Below the pieces are notes generated by a model, which saw only the letters and a list, made by a program, of their open reading frames with translations, ran no database searches and was not told where the DNA came from. Source: a virus. Taken from it: a DNA stretch of 64,000 nt. The translations under genes were made by a program, and so were the position numbers. Every line of letters begins with the position of its first letter. The first letter of the stretch is position 1. This document shows positions 48,701-54,750 of the stretch, one piece after another. The stretch covers positions 32,001-96,000 of IMG/VR virus record IMGVR_UViG_3300028384_001275; one strand, written 5' to 3'.

Positions 48701-51626
48701 AGCTGCAGAGTTTATTATTGACTCTTCTATTAACCCCATTGAATATGCTCTGGAATTGTCTAAATTCCCAACAGAAGCGAAGGTAACTTTCATTGCATCT
48801 ACAGATGTCCAGAATCTGTCTAATTCTTATGAAATGGGTGTTGACTACAACACCGATCCCGCTCTGGTATCATTGACTCCTGTGGTGGATGTTGGATTTG
48901 ATCGTCAAGAAGATAGAATCAGAATTAATCGTACTAACTTCTTTAGAAGAGGTGATATTCTTCAGTATATCCCTGTGCAGGGAGCAACAACACTTTCTGG
49001 CGTTGGTGACATTGGACAATCTTATTATTATGTGATTACAGGAACTGCAACTTGGTTTGAAATCGGTCGTCATTATATCCACGATGGTCGTTTCAGAGAT
49101 CTCAGTGCAGATACTGCAAATACAGGATCTCACCAAATGCAAGTTGTGAGACGGAGTGGTGTGAATCGTGCAACAATCAAGTATCCTGAAGATCCTTCAG
49201 AGACACCAATCCAGGGTGGATTTAATCCTGCAGACGTTTTGGTTGGATCAACTTCCAATACAACTGCTGAGGTTTCTCGCATCGATCAAAACGTTGCAAA
49301 AATTCGCACAATCACAACTTACTATAAACTTACTGGAGTTGGCACAGATAACTTCATTAATGGAGAAACTGTCCAAGTCCAAGGTGCAGCATCCAATAAT
49401 GGTAAGATCTATCAGACAAGGAATAAAGATGCAGATAATGAAACGTTTGTGAAGTTGATTAGTATTGCTGGCACAATTTCTGCTGGTGATGTATTGGAGG
49501 GTGTTACTTCTGGTGCTACTGGCACAGTTTCTTCTACTGCAGGAGACATTAATGAGCGTATGTTAGTTAATGTCAAGTCTGGATCTTACGCTACAGATGA
49601 CTGGTTCTTTGATAAGAATTCAGCAACTGAAGCATACATGTCCACCTATACCAATAAGTCTGGATCACTTACTGGCAATACTGGAGGTCGTGTTACTATT
49701 GATGTTGAAACTATTCAGGGTGCATGGGATGCTGGCGATATAGTTTATGGAAGTGATACTGATTATATTCTTGATATTAAGGGTATTTCTGGCACACAGA
49801 TTCAGCTCAATCAATATATTCACGGCACCAATGTTTATCAACTTGAATTGGGCACGGCAATTACAGACACTGGTGTTTCTGATACTTTCCGTCCAGGCGA
49901 TGAAATCTCTCTGCTAATTGGCACAACTGAAAAGAATCCAGGTTTCCGTGCAACAGTTACCAAATATATTAATGGCACTAATGCAGATCCAGAGGATCCC
50001 AATTATGGTATCCATCGTTTATGGATTGGTAATTTGAGAGATGTTGGCGCTGGAGCTGAGATTTCTGAGGTCACTAACAGCAATAACAACATCGGTAAAT
50101 TGGATATTGGATCCAACTTCCCAACAATCTATGCACCTGTTTCTTCTTATACAGACACTGGATATTCTTCTTATGGCAAAGTAATTGCTATTGAGCAGAG
50201 TGGTATCACAGCAACTATTTGGGTTGAAAATGCTGTTGGTGAATTTGTAGATAATATGACTGTCAAATCTGATGATGGATGGGGTGGTGCTGTCACATCT
50301 GCACGGACACTTACTGGACGAGTTGATCGTTACTTCCGAGGTTTCGATGGCACTCAGACTCAGTTTGATATCACAATTTCCAACGGTGAGGCATATTTCC
50401 CAGATGCTGCTGGACACTTGTTGGTATTTGTCAATGGTGTGCTTCAACCCCCTGGCGCTAATGCTTCTTACGTTGCCTTCTCCGATAAGGTTAACTTCAC
50501 TGAGGCACCTGACATTGGATCTGAATTTATTGGTTACTACGTCGGCAAACTCCGTCAACTTGATGACATTAGTTTTGAGTTTGATTCGCTGAGATCTTCC
50601 TTCAACCTGAAACGTGACGGTCTCTTCTACTCGCTGACTCTGACTGAGGGTGTTTCTTCTAACACAATCCTACCCGAAAATAACATCATTGTTTCGCTCA
50701 ACGGTATCATCCAGGAAGCTGGAATTGCTTATGAGTTGGTTGGATCTAGAATCATCTTCGCAGAAGTGCCTCGCGCAGGTAGCACATTCGTTGGATTCTC
50801 CTACATCGGATCTGACGCTGACGTTATCGCAGCAACTGTGATTCCTCCTGTTGAATCTGGCGACCAGTTGAGAATTGAAGGTGAGGAATTTAATCGTGAG
50901 GTTGCTCTGATTGAATCTTCCAATTCTTTGATTACATTTGAATATACTGGATCCGTTAAAGGTCGTAATGCAGACGCACTATCCACAGTCATTGGTGGTC
51001 AGGTTACTAATGCAGTGCTTACAAATTCTGGTGATGGTTATACCTCACGTCCCAACGTTGACGTTATCTCCTCCACTGGGTTTGACGCTCAGATCAAGGC
51101 GCTGATGGGTATTGCTCGAATTGATGTGAAGTCAAGTGGTGTTGGATATCAATCTCCTACCGTGCTGATTGATAATGAAGTCCCTGATGACTTCACAACT
51201 CCTACAGGCACTCCAATTAATGGTGGATTTGATATTTACGCAGGCGAAGGTCCTCAAGGTGAAGGCGGCACAACAATACCCGCTGGCACCATTGCGATCG
51301 TCCAAGATCCTGTCAATGTCACCGTCAACCAAGGTCAAAGTGCATCCTTTAGTGTGGTTTCCACAGTGACTAATAGTCAAACTATGAATTATCAATGGCA
51401 GAAGAAGGAGTATGGCACACAAGTCTGGTCCAATATTATTGGTGCTAACCAGTCTGTATATAACACTGGAGTAACAGTCCAAGCTGATGATGGTGATGAA
51501 TATCGTGTAGCAATCACTGCTGCTGGCGCAACTCCTGTGTATTCCTTGTCTGCTATTCTCACAGTCCAGACTGGAGCTACTGTAATCAGCAACTTCAGTC
51601 CTGCCAACATCTTCTCTAGCAACTAA
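30729..51626 (+). CDS. gp7: giant baseplate wedge initiator / multidomain virion protein (6965 aa)
   Basis: N-terminal V..QLPEFIREE...V.FL..YY; I..FY.SKGT...LFKILFGE; IQDSFFYQNFSYVIKS...HPAG; TATAAATA at 30660-30667; lies between gp6 and gp8. Internal YHYH-like, LamG-like, CBM5/12-like, Ig-like and phycobiliprotein-like segments. Confidence 0.85.
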   Translation: MPKQNINVSDRVENQLPEFIREEDTQLVNFLFQYYKSQEKTGRPYDILNNLLNYLDLDAYSTRELTGSTELLNDIDTANTKIEIESIDGFRDKNGSIMIDNEVIYYETVTRGPDAIITPGLSYPQFKKKEQQLENPFPLFDGTRTAFPLSFLGTPVTPPSAEHLIVIAYNQLMIPGVDYTLDNSTINFTSAPRARTGADNSDFTQFTYLVGYADQTIKTLDTVDGSVYNGKKEYPLKFNTENYSPTSESGLLVNKNGRLLTPYEDYTIFYDKLIFDNPVSGSDAIHIRSVEYIAPSYGSGAVGIVEVDDSGSVSKIRSKVGGSGYRLDFNPKVSIQSNTGRGATARSLVGGVKNINLIDGGQGYTSYNPPIPIVARPSSANGSPAKLSLTVDDETGQVSEISLDNSGSGYEFIPAITFVNPGGAKISGATIDSEGRLNQGSIVVDNGGLNYTNPPMVYIDPAPIGGIDAKATARINQESQVYEILITNRGRGYTTAPRVAIIDPVGAQVLDVTVASGSVTNIEMLTGGSGYTDAPSVYIVDDRKDSAGVSIGGTGATAVATIFNGEITDINITNFGQGYSTTEPPKIFIAEPKAARASLEVGFGEVTGYDIIESGAGYTPSAFEGCSRGVSGAVRFDNFNNEIYAKEDQLRQSSHNEGATVVSLDSLFIKQVFDKFRRQYLPTIEIDYTKINPIQVIKNISDFYASKGTELATQYLFKILFGEDVSLYYPRDEIISPSAATWVVDTVLRAQLIEGDPNNLIDSQVNQYADAVDQNIKAANALIENVITIIEGTDTIYELAISEETLEGEFKIPYKTTLVEPLTTDGQIITVDSTIGWPERNGTIRINDEEVVQYKEKSLNQFIECTRSKNGVVEDWDPGTTITSDIYIYVNRGTAQECKLRILGIAEAGTTVLDDTGSYYIPGDKLKVANLGSTAVEERLSSWLYNVKKLISVTSITPGGINNQTATVVCRNPHGLLVSDQVTVYGANPVVYNGTFTVTSRIDDFTFSYQIATGTELIPQGNILLSVDLNRGKSDIASINKVISEFTTNIQNSFFNDQYVYVAASGLPNYKIGPFTGSALIPGNQRKLLRFPRNVETISERKNIKENSPIGAWVNGVSIWSYKSIESVQFGPLTSISVTSPGEGYDAGAKPNLEINGGGGSGAVASVVVDGSLIGFSVTASGSGYTESPLVSIVGGGGSGATAQAVITGGRVTRILVEQPGSGYTSQPSVSITGGGGTGAEATAQVRGPISKVNVTNFGSGYTSLPEVKVNSGEGALAQPIVINGRIVSIAIINSGQKYTSAPNVIINGDGFGAIAQATIGTTGEDKGRVLSIQITNKGIGYTQGNTTVRLESVGQLATFEAQVFKWNKNLQYDLSAKYDNARGYVFTGYNNQFGGEYAHLSDPKELRYVVGDNVFLDPVTQRFQELESNYRHSPILGWAFDGNPIYGPYGYIDPTDQNSGIRRLRTSYKLKDNVVYDEDTNPNPAREDGPSLTTYPAGTFVTDYTYDFQSGDLDNYNGRFCKTPDYPDGTYAYFITIDASDAGIAEFPYIIGPQFNSLPDEWNFSQTATQENIPAGVVRYRDPYVDVDIDIDRQPNQEADVLTTELEGWPIIFEIQDSNNDGIIDANEQQEILEMSEEATLQIYDYFPQVSEESRVDIEVETTTQFENAQIDGFVIENPGKSYQVNDTVFFNNEGTGGFGASAFIESVKGQKISAYTKEIINDRPYGVITTETDHELRQQDEIIVNSRPITDNTSKTFKVKVVSGIEGITINQSGTGYNSDIPPTFELITSAGQDAQLELKLENTGQVNEVNIINSGNGYDSDNPPQIRISHPQQYKKTRYWVSELNESAGNVVVLDTQTTDDRRTYVCGYVTEADGDQSGFLAKFDDLGQLVWKRTLLPQNTGVKKAEFVKMYINSAPENDLIYVAGQTYDPSNTTYNPDVWIGLYESGFNNANDPDGILKWQKSIAGISGSTRRDYITTITLDQEQRIYLGGYTDSNSPDPNDMWIIQCDIEGNLVEKRKIASEDGSEELMQLEWIADDRFFFVGVNQENDDCIFGVFFFDGANLEIDYIRQIPTVGGYVRNPRFVIDGYDDVVLVWDIYNNAASKQDKIQVNKFAVSTAQTAWEWSKSLTITGDFISISHAGVSVDVFGNYTIVSDIVESENSRYSMITYMKYDGTIIKESKIVDTDNIGFEVKAHSVDNSGDPILAVDRRKADQLAAYRFDTTDTINDDVTKRDLGTFVYFDADETSLDTAIYKFGTSSLKLNDVAPVSITGFAQTTQEWSLRGWFAMNTTAHGTDHKPVLFAVDPVSGSNAYMVLDGDSSSADYGKALIFINNAQVASSTSTTNWTTFASAAWVHVTFQKRLESLGLYQYEVYINGNLITNFQSTTDIGLDDVVLGGPISSPTTANSFRGHIDDIVVDDDAPYTSTYTIPTAYIPVTDSVSDIALIKFDRNHTKRNDSYTMTGLDNWSTFAMQASEAATVWTSLNQSAISVWEIGPGGLQILDMSQTSANLQPATYTFSDEKFEYATRTSTIPSPLGKQMSIEANVISKFYLRDALYQKIDNVKEFTFNQNVKLTKGSILQQFNSAGITQAYGTIVEVPVGTLTNPGFGTKYKIGKIFGNFNNDNRFRTTANDVNQITGEYFKTEEEESPWQASTAYAAGDRVYNAKRIYEAQGAGTSGTIAPVHTAGAASDGVINWSLVADAGSFDIDLTQHPYPRPQYLGLDMPEWQPHILYAVGQKVWYRLNVYEVAPSGGGVTTTTPPTHTTGDVSDGTVTWRFVSTSEAISAKARLMAYDQGNNYTVEIVKVHPGSTFIPGDVVSLNSNNIDLADDEKSVTISGFASVKEIKVTARLEKDILRTTEARTNLVYCTSNSPHYFKEDEIIFSEGFQGDQFNGSFFVDQVIGSREFTFAIRATAVSDPAFEQNAIARVNIYGKHPTLEFTRDHQYVFDVSDPSNFGYYLSFSQDNQFKLEYSFNNITREGTPGINAAGSTAPFVKFSVLGQVTNISYYFDPSRTGADSPVGSNSFIDVITTPYQGIFRISEVPTDKQFKFPLLKEPERNAAEVIDDEFDNPYSFYSTTSTRAVGPINSIKLVSPGGFYQKLPIISDIASFRQIEKLVINDGGTEYAPGVYSQIDVDGDGEGGKATITVEFDDEVGSGTITEAVITDPGKGYTTASIDIDGIPGILGSTLAGSGGSVSVIIPDEGEGASVFLTGKNIGKIRRLKNNEFGFGYSHDYTLKPEITFPVNLQLFNTSILSEIKITNPGSGYTSTPAVVIEGGGGEGADAEAVVKNNRLSEIIIKNPGAGYSSEPTVTLKSEFNYVVNLDLNYLQFNFPHGITTGAEVQFRADDVGSTEGQLPRPSSAGLTALIEGQTYYAIAGNVNGLESDQIRFALTAAAAASGDFITFLTQGEGRQVLLTEVFGGAAEAVVETSRFLEGETVFQGTNIEQATATGTVSNNTGWQIGPKILKIVDYTGDWESGERVTGTISKASGVIDNFSIARGVLNIGSLTRTPGRFIDDVGKPSEIVQKIQDSFFYQNFSYVIKSETPITNWKTQILENNHPAGFNLFGQLELSGGKDVSGRKIGTEFTKQVNINNYSNVNEITSFGAAQPIYTDYNNTEVLFRKKRLTSSEEILTSIVKKLDDISGRFNGIDKQFPITVEGEQVIVNQDQLMITLNGVIQAPGDSYSVVGGNLVFSEPPKPPSKVNYRNISISTIPITRINLYSGQVGIPNYGIFPTLGQQIQGENSDAVATVIGSGTNHIDVININGVFELNEEIVRGSLFSALVQSIEVQNTNTIYEFGESITNLNGDTAIIEENNLSDGVISDDLVISKTSGTAKYETGIFNIRLNDYIISAKSNIAAQVTSISPYRDPNTSDIVDELIINQGSSFFGLLFERLVSLTNPNVILDDISKSSITPTELYDASERINADFLDFEEIRSTEIVYTNLANGTFEEGDTIINKEVDYGNATSVYHGGAANRFKDSSRMILGNKQEIIDFGEAEIAVWHPGFYFPGDVITNSWSRFSDAYRLIQRNKLYIAARAYDEMITQYPSLSVPDEDKCLRDLEYYIDAISLDIHRGGNVYTRKFVLKYFNAGTFDYVNSEVAETRFGYEKAKDWMIKALTNNIDQDYTGLSGPNAGIVFKPWNEIDKGGSRGLGITADPSPNDDYGTAGSNADNTDVNVCTDVQDAITTLYGVIDEALENGNTTDLPDETEGTYSVGQTKCRRDVGLLVDAIAGDVSQGGNYNIVEFAKRYFDADGNPITNGLIGEYAESLTAFEKARDLCYRAINNLLYYQVNTTTPETGYMLNDPTTYAGPYSGGETSVTQLDVSAASYTASTGELILTVGSGHGLTTSDTLYVRPYSLRFTCDSDNHATFHDYPRSGDPAFNSARNITATSATTLTINIGASTNSSFTPTAATYNTQTGDLTLTIGTHTLGLNDYVTIADDALTFTCTQDDDATSHTYPRSTDPASGQRLFITAKTDTTITVNVGASPVGQQYDHTFVSAVANSVTYGGGYTHTFIKALDNAVYSGGGTRAQYFDQNYSSGNNQQIGNCANVQAYIHTLVNIASTALEAGDLTNINALSSVTDGTFVDGETVRTTKLGYDDKSTGLFTTNDIIKGVSSNASFTAVGVNSGLKWLFAGNITGTFTIGEYITNSRLTNQNSVTQSVITKKTELSGTKSIAFPATGYLNMPESNDFAFGTGEFTIQGWIRVPNVVGLKTLFDLRRVSTTGLRFVLDGTTLRAYNGTSQLVSGGTLAADTWYHIALIRSSAVTRIYLDGTQVGSDAADTNDYGYAPLYIGADFNGSNSFQGWMDNVVVKKGTADYSSAFTAPTQINYANQNNDIVFGLDGEGPFILSTTETYATLTGQKTSSATVKKVDYTATSLIIKDVDLGRAVYKNLADIVELNDEWIAEEAVGRMKAKFPDFIMPGDNAAEGLYTGTNYCLRDTKDFIIGSLVKDLREGGNYHTLYTGRTYLEASGKLKHVGNEILQTLYTWNEVYDIIENSIVRNNADTGVGVYTTRLRIPQTQYPTVTSTVQAFLDETRLLIDDLLEVLAPTGDRFRDGGVNIWKNRDYIAEETVGYLQNKYQATLNGTDYDFLEMPGGGESSCKRDIRTHIIPAIIGDLCTGGTYQTEKILDSYLDSQNNILYVEEELNPMIDAFHFTNMLCQKAVNNLLLSPGETAGELSVPAWVQDDYYSPLYTSRAAYKDNTLEVDPQGYPQNNRNSNDRYIDAVNTIQRNKDIIAMESVATMNDFSKFENLAIPGGPVNCEDDVRDIIDAVSHDLLFDCNEKTYDAAALYVETENNSLKHIESEWEASVTTYKIARDMMTLTMRNGFGRDYVDGNDPLTVPVQSYEQNPKEDIYRDAADAIDANIRYIAEQAVDAGETQYPSLVIPGGSINCVHDVTDILRALVFNLKYGGNNMLQYATEFYVNDAGNLQHISSQSAETIWIINKARDFVKRAMKGQIITNTSGYGVAQRFYDSVAKPTNQLRPSNQTDGVDLTAFNNLVTRSFTNGTTDINNSENSATGQANNEDLVCRVTTTLPSGTPTDGVLWEGGGSDYGSWIGIRDSGTYFRLRAGDGGNSFAGGATYTDTGLALLDIPISDLSDYFDGGTHEIVWQINVGGNTATGPGLVKVWFDGVPVGEAQTPGTSNTGLGANSGYWSGGGNGGFGATSGVSGGVPSGEPTAAWAYTTSDLDYYRARRVDESYTGTETDEVSSEIDTLMAFVTDGLASPAQVNSRGYDMPIIWPIKFTPEVTIRDLGITYDTAGGGQDADGTWNQTCSQVASSIDTLMDIVIDTISEAANNNVYHLTSITKTTPATNNTIYQAGTCYNVTSSIDTLFEIMTDTLGGGTENDKIVANRLLFNSHAVAQRAFADTQAQFSDTNLTIEFAEKLTKAVRYDLITGGNAGAFALAQEWFDGEGNFIAFTDVIRTHIIYCMTRVREYIKSVMYLIDTDPGWDTYDLYNPAERFEWNQEAAEFIIDSSINPIEYALELSKFPTEAKVTFIASTDVQNLSNSYEMGVDYNTDPALVSLTPVVDVGFDRQEDRIRINRTNFFRRGDILQYIPVQGATTLSGVGDIGQSYYYVITGTATWFEIGRHYIHDGRFRDLSADTANTGSHQMQVVRRSGVNRATIKYPEDPSETPIQGGFNPADVLVGSTSNTTAEVSRIDQNVAKIRTITTYYKLTGVGTDNFINGETVQVQGAASNNGKIYQTRNKDADNETFVKLISIAGTISAGDVLEGVTSGATGTVSSTAGDINERMLVNVKSGSYATDDWFFDKNSATEAYMSTYTNKSGSLTGNTGGRVTIDVETIQGAWDAGDIVYGSDTDYILDIKGISGTQIQLNQYIHGTNVYQLELGTAITDTGVSDTFRPGDEISLLIGTTEKNPGFRATVTKYINGTNADPEDPNYGIHRLWIGNLRDVGAGAEISEVTNSNNNIGKLDIGSNFPTIYAPVSSYTDTGYSSYGKVIAIEQSGITATIWVENAVGEFVDNMTVKSDDGWGGAVTSARTLTGRVDRYFRGFDGTQTQFDITISNGEAYFPDAAGHLLVFVNGVLQPPGANASYVAFSDKVNFTEAPDIGSEFIGYYVGKLRQLDDISFEFDSLRSSFNLKRDGLFYSLTLTEGVSSNTILPENNIIVSLNGIIQEAGIAYELVGSRIIFAEVPRAGSTFVGFSYIGSDADVIAATVIPPVESGDQLRIEGEEFNREVALIESSNSLITFEYTGSVKGRNADALSTVIGGQVTNAVLTNSGDGYTSRPNVDVISSTGFDAQIKALMGIARIDVKSSGVGYQSPTVLIDNEVPDDFTTPTGTPINGGFDIYAGEGPQGEGGTTIPAGTIAIVQDPVNVTVNQGQSASFSVVSTVTNSQTMNYQWQKKEYGTQVWSNIIGANQSVYNTGVTVQADDGDEYRVAITAAGATPVYSLSAILTVQTGATVISNFSPANIFSSN

Positions 51627-51640
51627 ATAAAAGTAAAAAG

Positions 51641-53233
51641 ATGACTGCAACTGCCAGTTACGTTTCTGCAACTAGGATGATAACGGTGTCGGGTGATGGT
51701 TTGCCCGCACCTGTCTCCGCAGGCACTTTTCCAAATACCAATAATCCTAATACCATTCAGGAGCAGGATTTTGACCACAACTTCTATCATCGTGGTGGGA
51801 CTTTTGGTATCACCAGGACTTTTGATGACAATACATGGTCTCAAGATGGATTCATTAGATCCATCACTATTTCTGTAAATGATCTTAGTTTGTTTACAGG
51901 AGAAAATCCCAGTATTTCAGTCGGTGATTATTTGTTATTTACATTTAGTGATGGATTGAAACAAAGATTCATTTTTAGAGGGACTGCATTCACTTCTATT
52001 TCGGGTGAGTGCAGATTAGCTTCAGATGACAAGTTAGATATTATTGTTACAGATCAAGGCAGTGGAAGTGGCACTTATGAATACTTTGATCAAAGAGATG
52101 GTAGGACAACAACTCCCCTAGGTGCTATTGGCATTGCTGCCAATGGTGTTATTTTGTATAACCCATCAGCGGGTGGTGGAGGAAATCCCCCAAGTGGATT
52201 TAGTTGGAATAGTGTTGCAGCTACTGTAGTAAGTTTTGGAGATGATACATGTGGTGGTCATCCAGAGCAAACGGGACAATATAATTATGATGATGCTAAA
52301 TTTCTGACCTGTTGGAAAGCAAACTCCAGCATGGCTGGATATAATGATTATTATGGCACAACACAATATAATGGTGATGTTTTAAGGCATCCTGACGGAC
52401 ATTCAAAAATACTTGGTATTGCATTTGACGGATTCCCAATTTATGGTCCTTATGGATATGGCGACCCATGGGACACCTCTACTGCGGTAAGACCCATAAC
52501 ATCATCATATGCGATCCGAGATACTGAAGTAGACGGTCGTCCAGATTATGGCACTGATGATACAAATCCTCCCGCAGGATCTTTAATGGAAGATTATGAA
52601 TTTGTTGAAGGTAGTGGAGATCTTGATTATCACAATGGTCGTTTCTGCATTACTCCTGAGTTTCAGGATGGCACCTATGCATATTTCATAACAGTTGATC
52701 CTGACAATGTAGAAACCCCTACGTTTCCATACATCGTGGGTCTCACTTCTCGGATGGGTCTAAACAAACCAGCAGATGATGGTGCAAATCCTGTGACTAC
52801 GGATCCTGGCAGTGGTGGAGGTGGTGGCACCGTTACACCCGAGACATTGCGGTTTACACTGCAACCCCAAAACGTTTCAGTCAATCCTGGTCAAACGGCA
52901 ACATTTACAATTATTGCAGATATTATCCCTGGAGGTGGCACAGTTGCCTATCAGTGGTATAGATCCACAGATGGTGGTTTTGCATTTGCAGCGATCACTG
53001 GAGCAACCTCTTCAACTTATGAGGTGACTGCTCTAGCATACATGACAGGATATAAGTATCGCTGTCGGATTACTGGACCTGTTGGTGAGACAGCAGCAGA
53101 AAACTCACCCCTTGACTCCAATGCTGTTACGTTAACAGTTACTGGATCTGGTGGAAGTGGTGATACTGCTAATAGATTCGACTCTACAAGCAGCACATTT
53201 GACTCCACATCACAAACTTATGATGGCACCTAA
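51641..53233 (+). CDS. YHYH-domain and Ig-like-domain virion protein
   Basis: GAIGIAANGV, D..GGH....G.YNY, HS.I.G.AFDGFPIYGPYG, GDLD..NGRFC.TPEF..GTYAYF; C-terminal QPQN...YQWY...YRC Ig pattern; CTAAATA at 51623-51629. Confidence 0.75.
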   Translation: MTATASYVSATRMITVSGDGLPAPVSAGTFPNTNNPNTIQEQDFDHNFYHRGGTFGITRTFDDNTWSQDGFIRSITISVNDLSLFTGENPSISVGDYLLFTFSDGLKQRFIFRGTAFTSISGECRLASDDKLDIIVTDQGSGSGTYEYFDQRDGRTTTPLGAIGIAANGVILYNPSAGGGGNPPSGFSWNSVAATVVSFGDDTCGGHPEQTGQYNYDDAKFLTCWKANSSMAGYNDYYGTTQYNGDVLRHPDGHSKILGIAFDGFPIYGPYGYGDPWDTSTAVRPITSSYAIRDTEVDGRPDYGTDDTNPPAGSLMEDYEFVEGSGDLDYHNGRFCITPEFQDGTYAYFITVDPDNVETPTFPYIVGLTSRMGLNKPADDGANPVTTDPGSGGGGGTVTPETLRFTLQPQNVSVNPGQTATFTIIADIIPGGGTVAYQWYRSTDGGFAFAAITGATSSTYEVTALAYMTGYKYRCRITGPVGETAAENSPLDSNAVTLTVTGSGGSGDTANRFDSTSSTFDSTSQTYDGT

Positions 53234-53259
53234 ATAACACTGTAAAAGAGTAACTATCC

Positions 53260-54747
53260 ATGGCTAAGCAAAATCTTAATATTGGATCGGCGGCTAACGA
53301 CGGCACAGGTGATAGTCTCAGAGATGGCGCTATCAAATTAAATAGCGTGATTAATGAGCTGTATACTGCTCTTGGAAATGATACCAACCTTCAAATTAAT
53401 ATCGATAGTCCGACTACAGGACAGTTATTGAAATGGAATGGATCATTATTCACTGAGGGATCATTTAATTCATTAACTGAAAATCTAGATGTCAATGATC
53501 AAAATATCACATCATCTGATGGTGGTGATGTAGTATTGAAACCTCATAGCACAGGCGATATTAAATTGTGGGCAGGTGGCACTGGTAGTGCTCTTACATA
53601 TATCGATGGCGCTGACGGTAAACTAAAGTATTCAAACTTTTTTTCCCAGTTATCAGATCTACCTGATGTGTCCACTCATCATGGTATGTTTGCTCATGTC
53701 CATGATGAAGCACATGGTTACTTTGCACACTCTTCTTGGATTCAGTTGCTTGATACTGGATCTTCCATCGGTGAATTGTCTGATGTAGACATGACTGTTG
53801 GTGGCGGACCCTCCGCTGGTCAAGTGCTGAAGTGGAATGGCACTGATAATAGATGGGAGCCTGGAAATGATGCTACCGCAGATGGTGGTGGTGGTGGCAC
53901 TACACAAAACTTGTTTGAAACTGTTAATGCCGATAGTGGATCGACAACTGCTTCTGCTGCAACAGATACATTAACCATCGCTGGCGGCACACTTATTTCG
54001 ACAGAAATAACTGGAGATACTGTTACTATTAACATGACAGGATCTTTGGGAGATCCCGATCAAAACCTCTTTTCCGTTGTTGGATCAGATTCTGGATCAA
54101 AGACTGCCAATTCCACGACAACGACTATCAACTTTATTGGTGGCACTGGAATTTCTACTGCTATCAGTGGAGATAATCTGACTATTACGAATGACTCCCC
54201 CAATGCAGATCAAAATATCTTTGCTACTGTTTCGGGTGATAGTGGTGGATCAACTACGGCAGATGCAACTAATGCAACACTAACTGTTGCAGGTGGCACA
54301 GGTGTTTCTACAGCAATTACATCTAATACAGTTACTGTAAATGCTGAAGTTGCATTTGCGTCAGCTGGCACACCGAATGCCAATACAACTTTGATTGCCG
54401 ACGAAAACGGCATGTATTATAAGGCACCTTCACCTACTGTTGGTTTTACAGTTAGTGCTTTTGGATCTACCGCATATACCTTTGAGGGTGGTGGGGTAAA
54501 TAGTAGCACAAACAACCCAACGCTCTATGTGTATCGTGGGTTTACTTACAGATTCAATAATACAGCAACTTCAGCACACCCCTTTGCTCTTCGGACTTCT
54601 AATGGTGGTGGAGCTGTATCTGGTGTTGCAGGATCTCAGTCTGGTGTCCAATATTGGACAGTGCCAATGGCATTAGCTGCAGGCACGACATATGTGTATC
54701 AATGCACAATTCACTCTGGTATGGTCGGCAATATTGTGGTGGTCTGA
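53260..54747 (+). CDS. baseplate wedge tail-fibre connector (T4 gp9/gp10-like N-terminus) with C-terminal cupredoxin-like motif
   Basis: MAKQ...IG..ANDGTGDSLR.G..K.N....ELY; C-terminal HPF...YQCTIHSGM; CTAAATA at 53230-53236. Confidence 0.75.
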   Translation: MAKQNLNIGSAANDGTGDSLRDGAIKLNSVINELYTALGNDTNLQINIDSPTTGQLLKWNGSLFTEGSFNSLTENLDVNDQNITSSDGGDVVLKPHSTGDIKLWAGGTGSALTYIDGADGKLKYSNFFSQLSDLPDVSTHHGMFAHVHDEAHGYFAHSSWIQLLDTGSSIGELSDVDMTVGGGPSAGQVLKWNGTDNRWEPGNDATADGGGGGTTQNLFETVNADSGSTTASAATDTLTIAGGTLISTEITGDTVTINMTGSLGDPDQNLFSVVGSDSGSKTANSTTTTINFIGGTGISTAISGDNLTITNDSPNADQNIFATVSGDSGGSTTADATNATLTVAGGTGVSTAITSNTVTVNAEVAFASAGTPNANTTLIADENGMYYKAPSPTVGFTVSAFGSTAYTFEGGGVNSSTNNPTLYVYRGFTYRFNNTATSAHPFALRTSNGGGAVSGVAGSQSGVQYWTVPMALAAGTTYVYQCTIHSGMVGNIVVV

Positions 54748-54750
54748 TAA

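Noticed and set aside
30729-51626. Intein or intron explaining the size of gp7
   Set aside because: The frame is uninterrupted and I saw no intein splice motifs or LAGLIDADG/HNH signatures; the size is accounted for by repeated structural domains.
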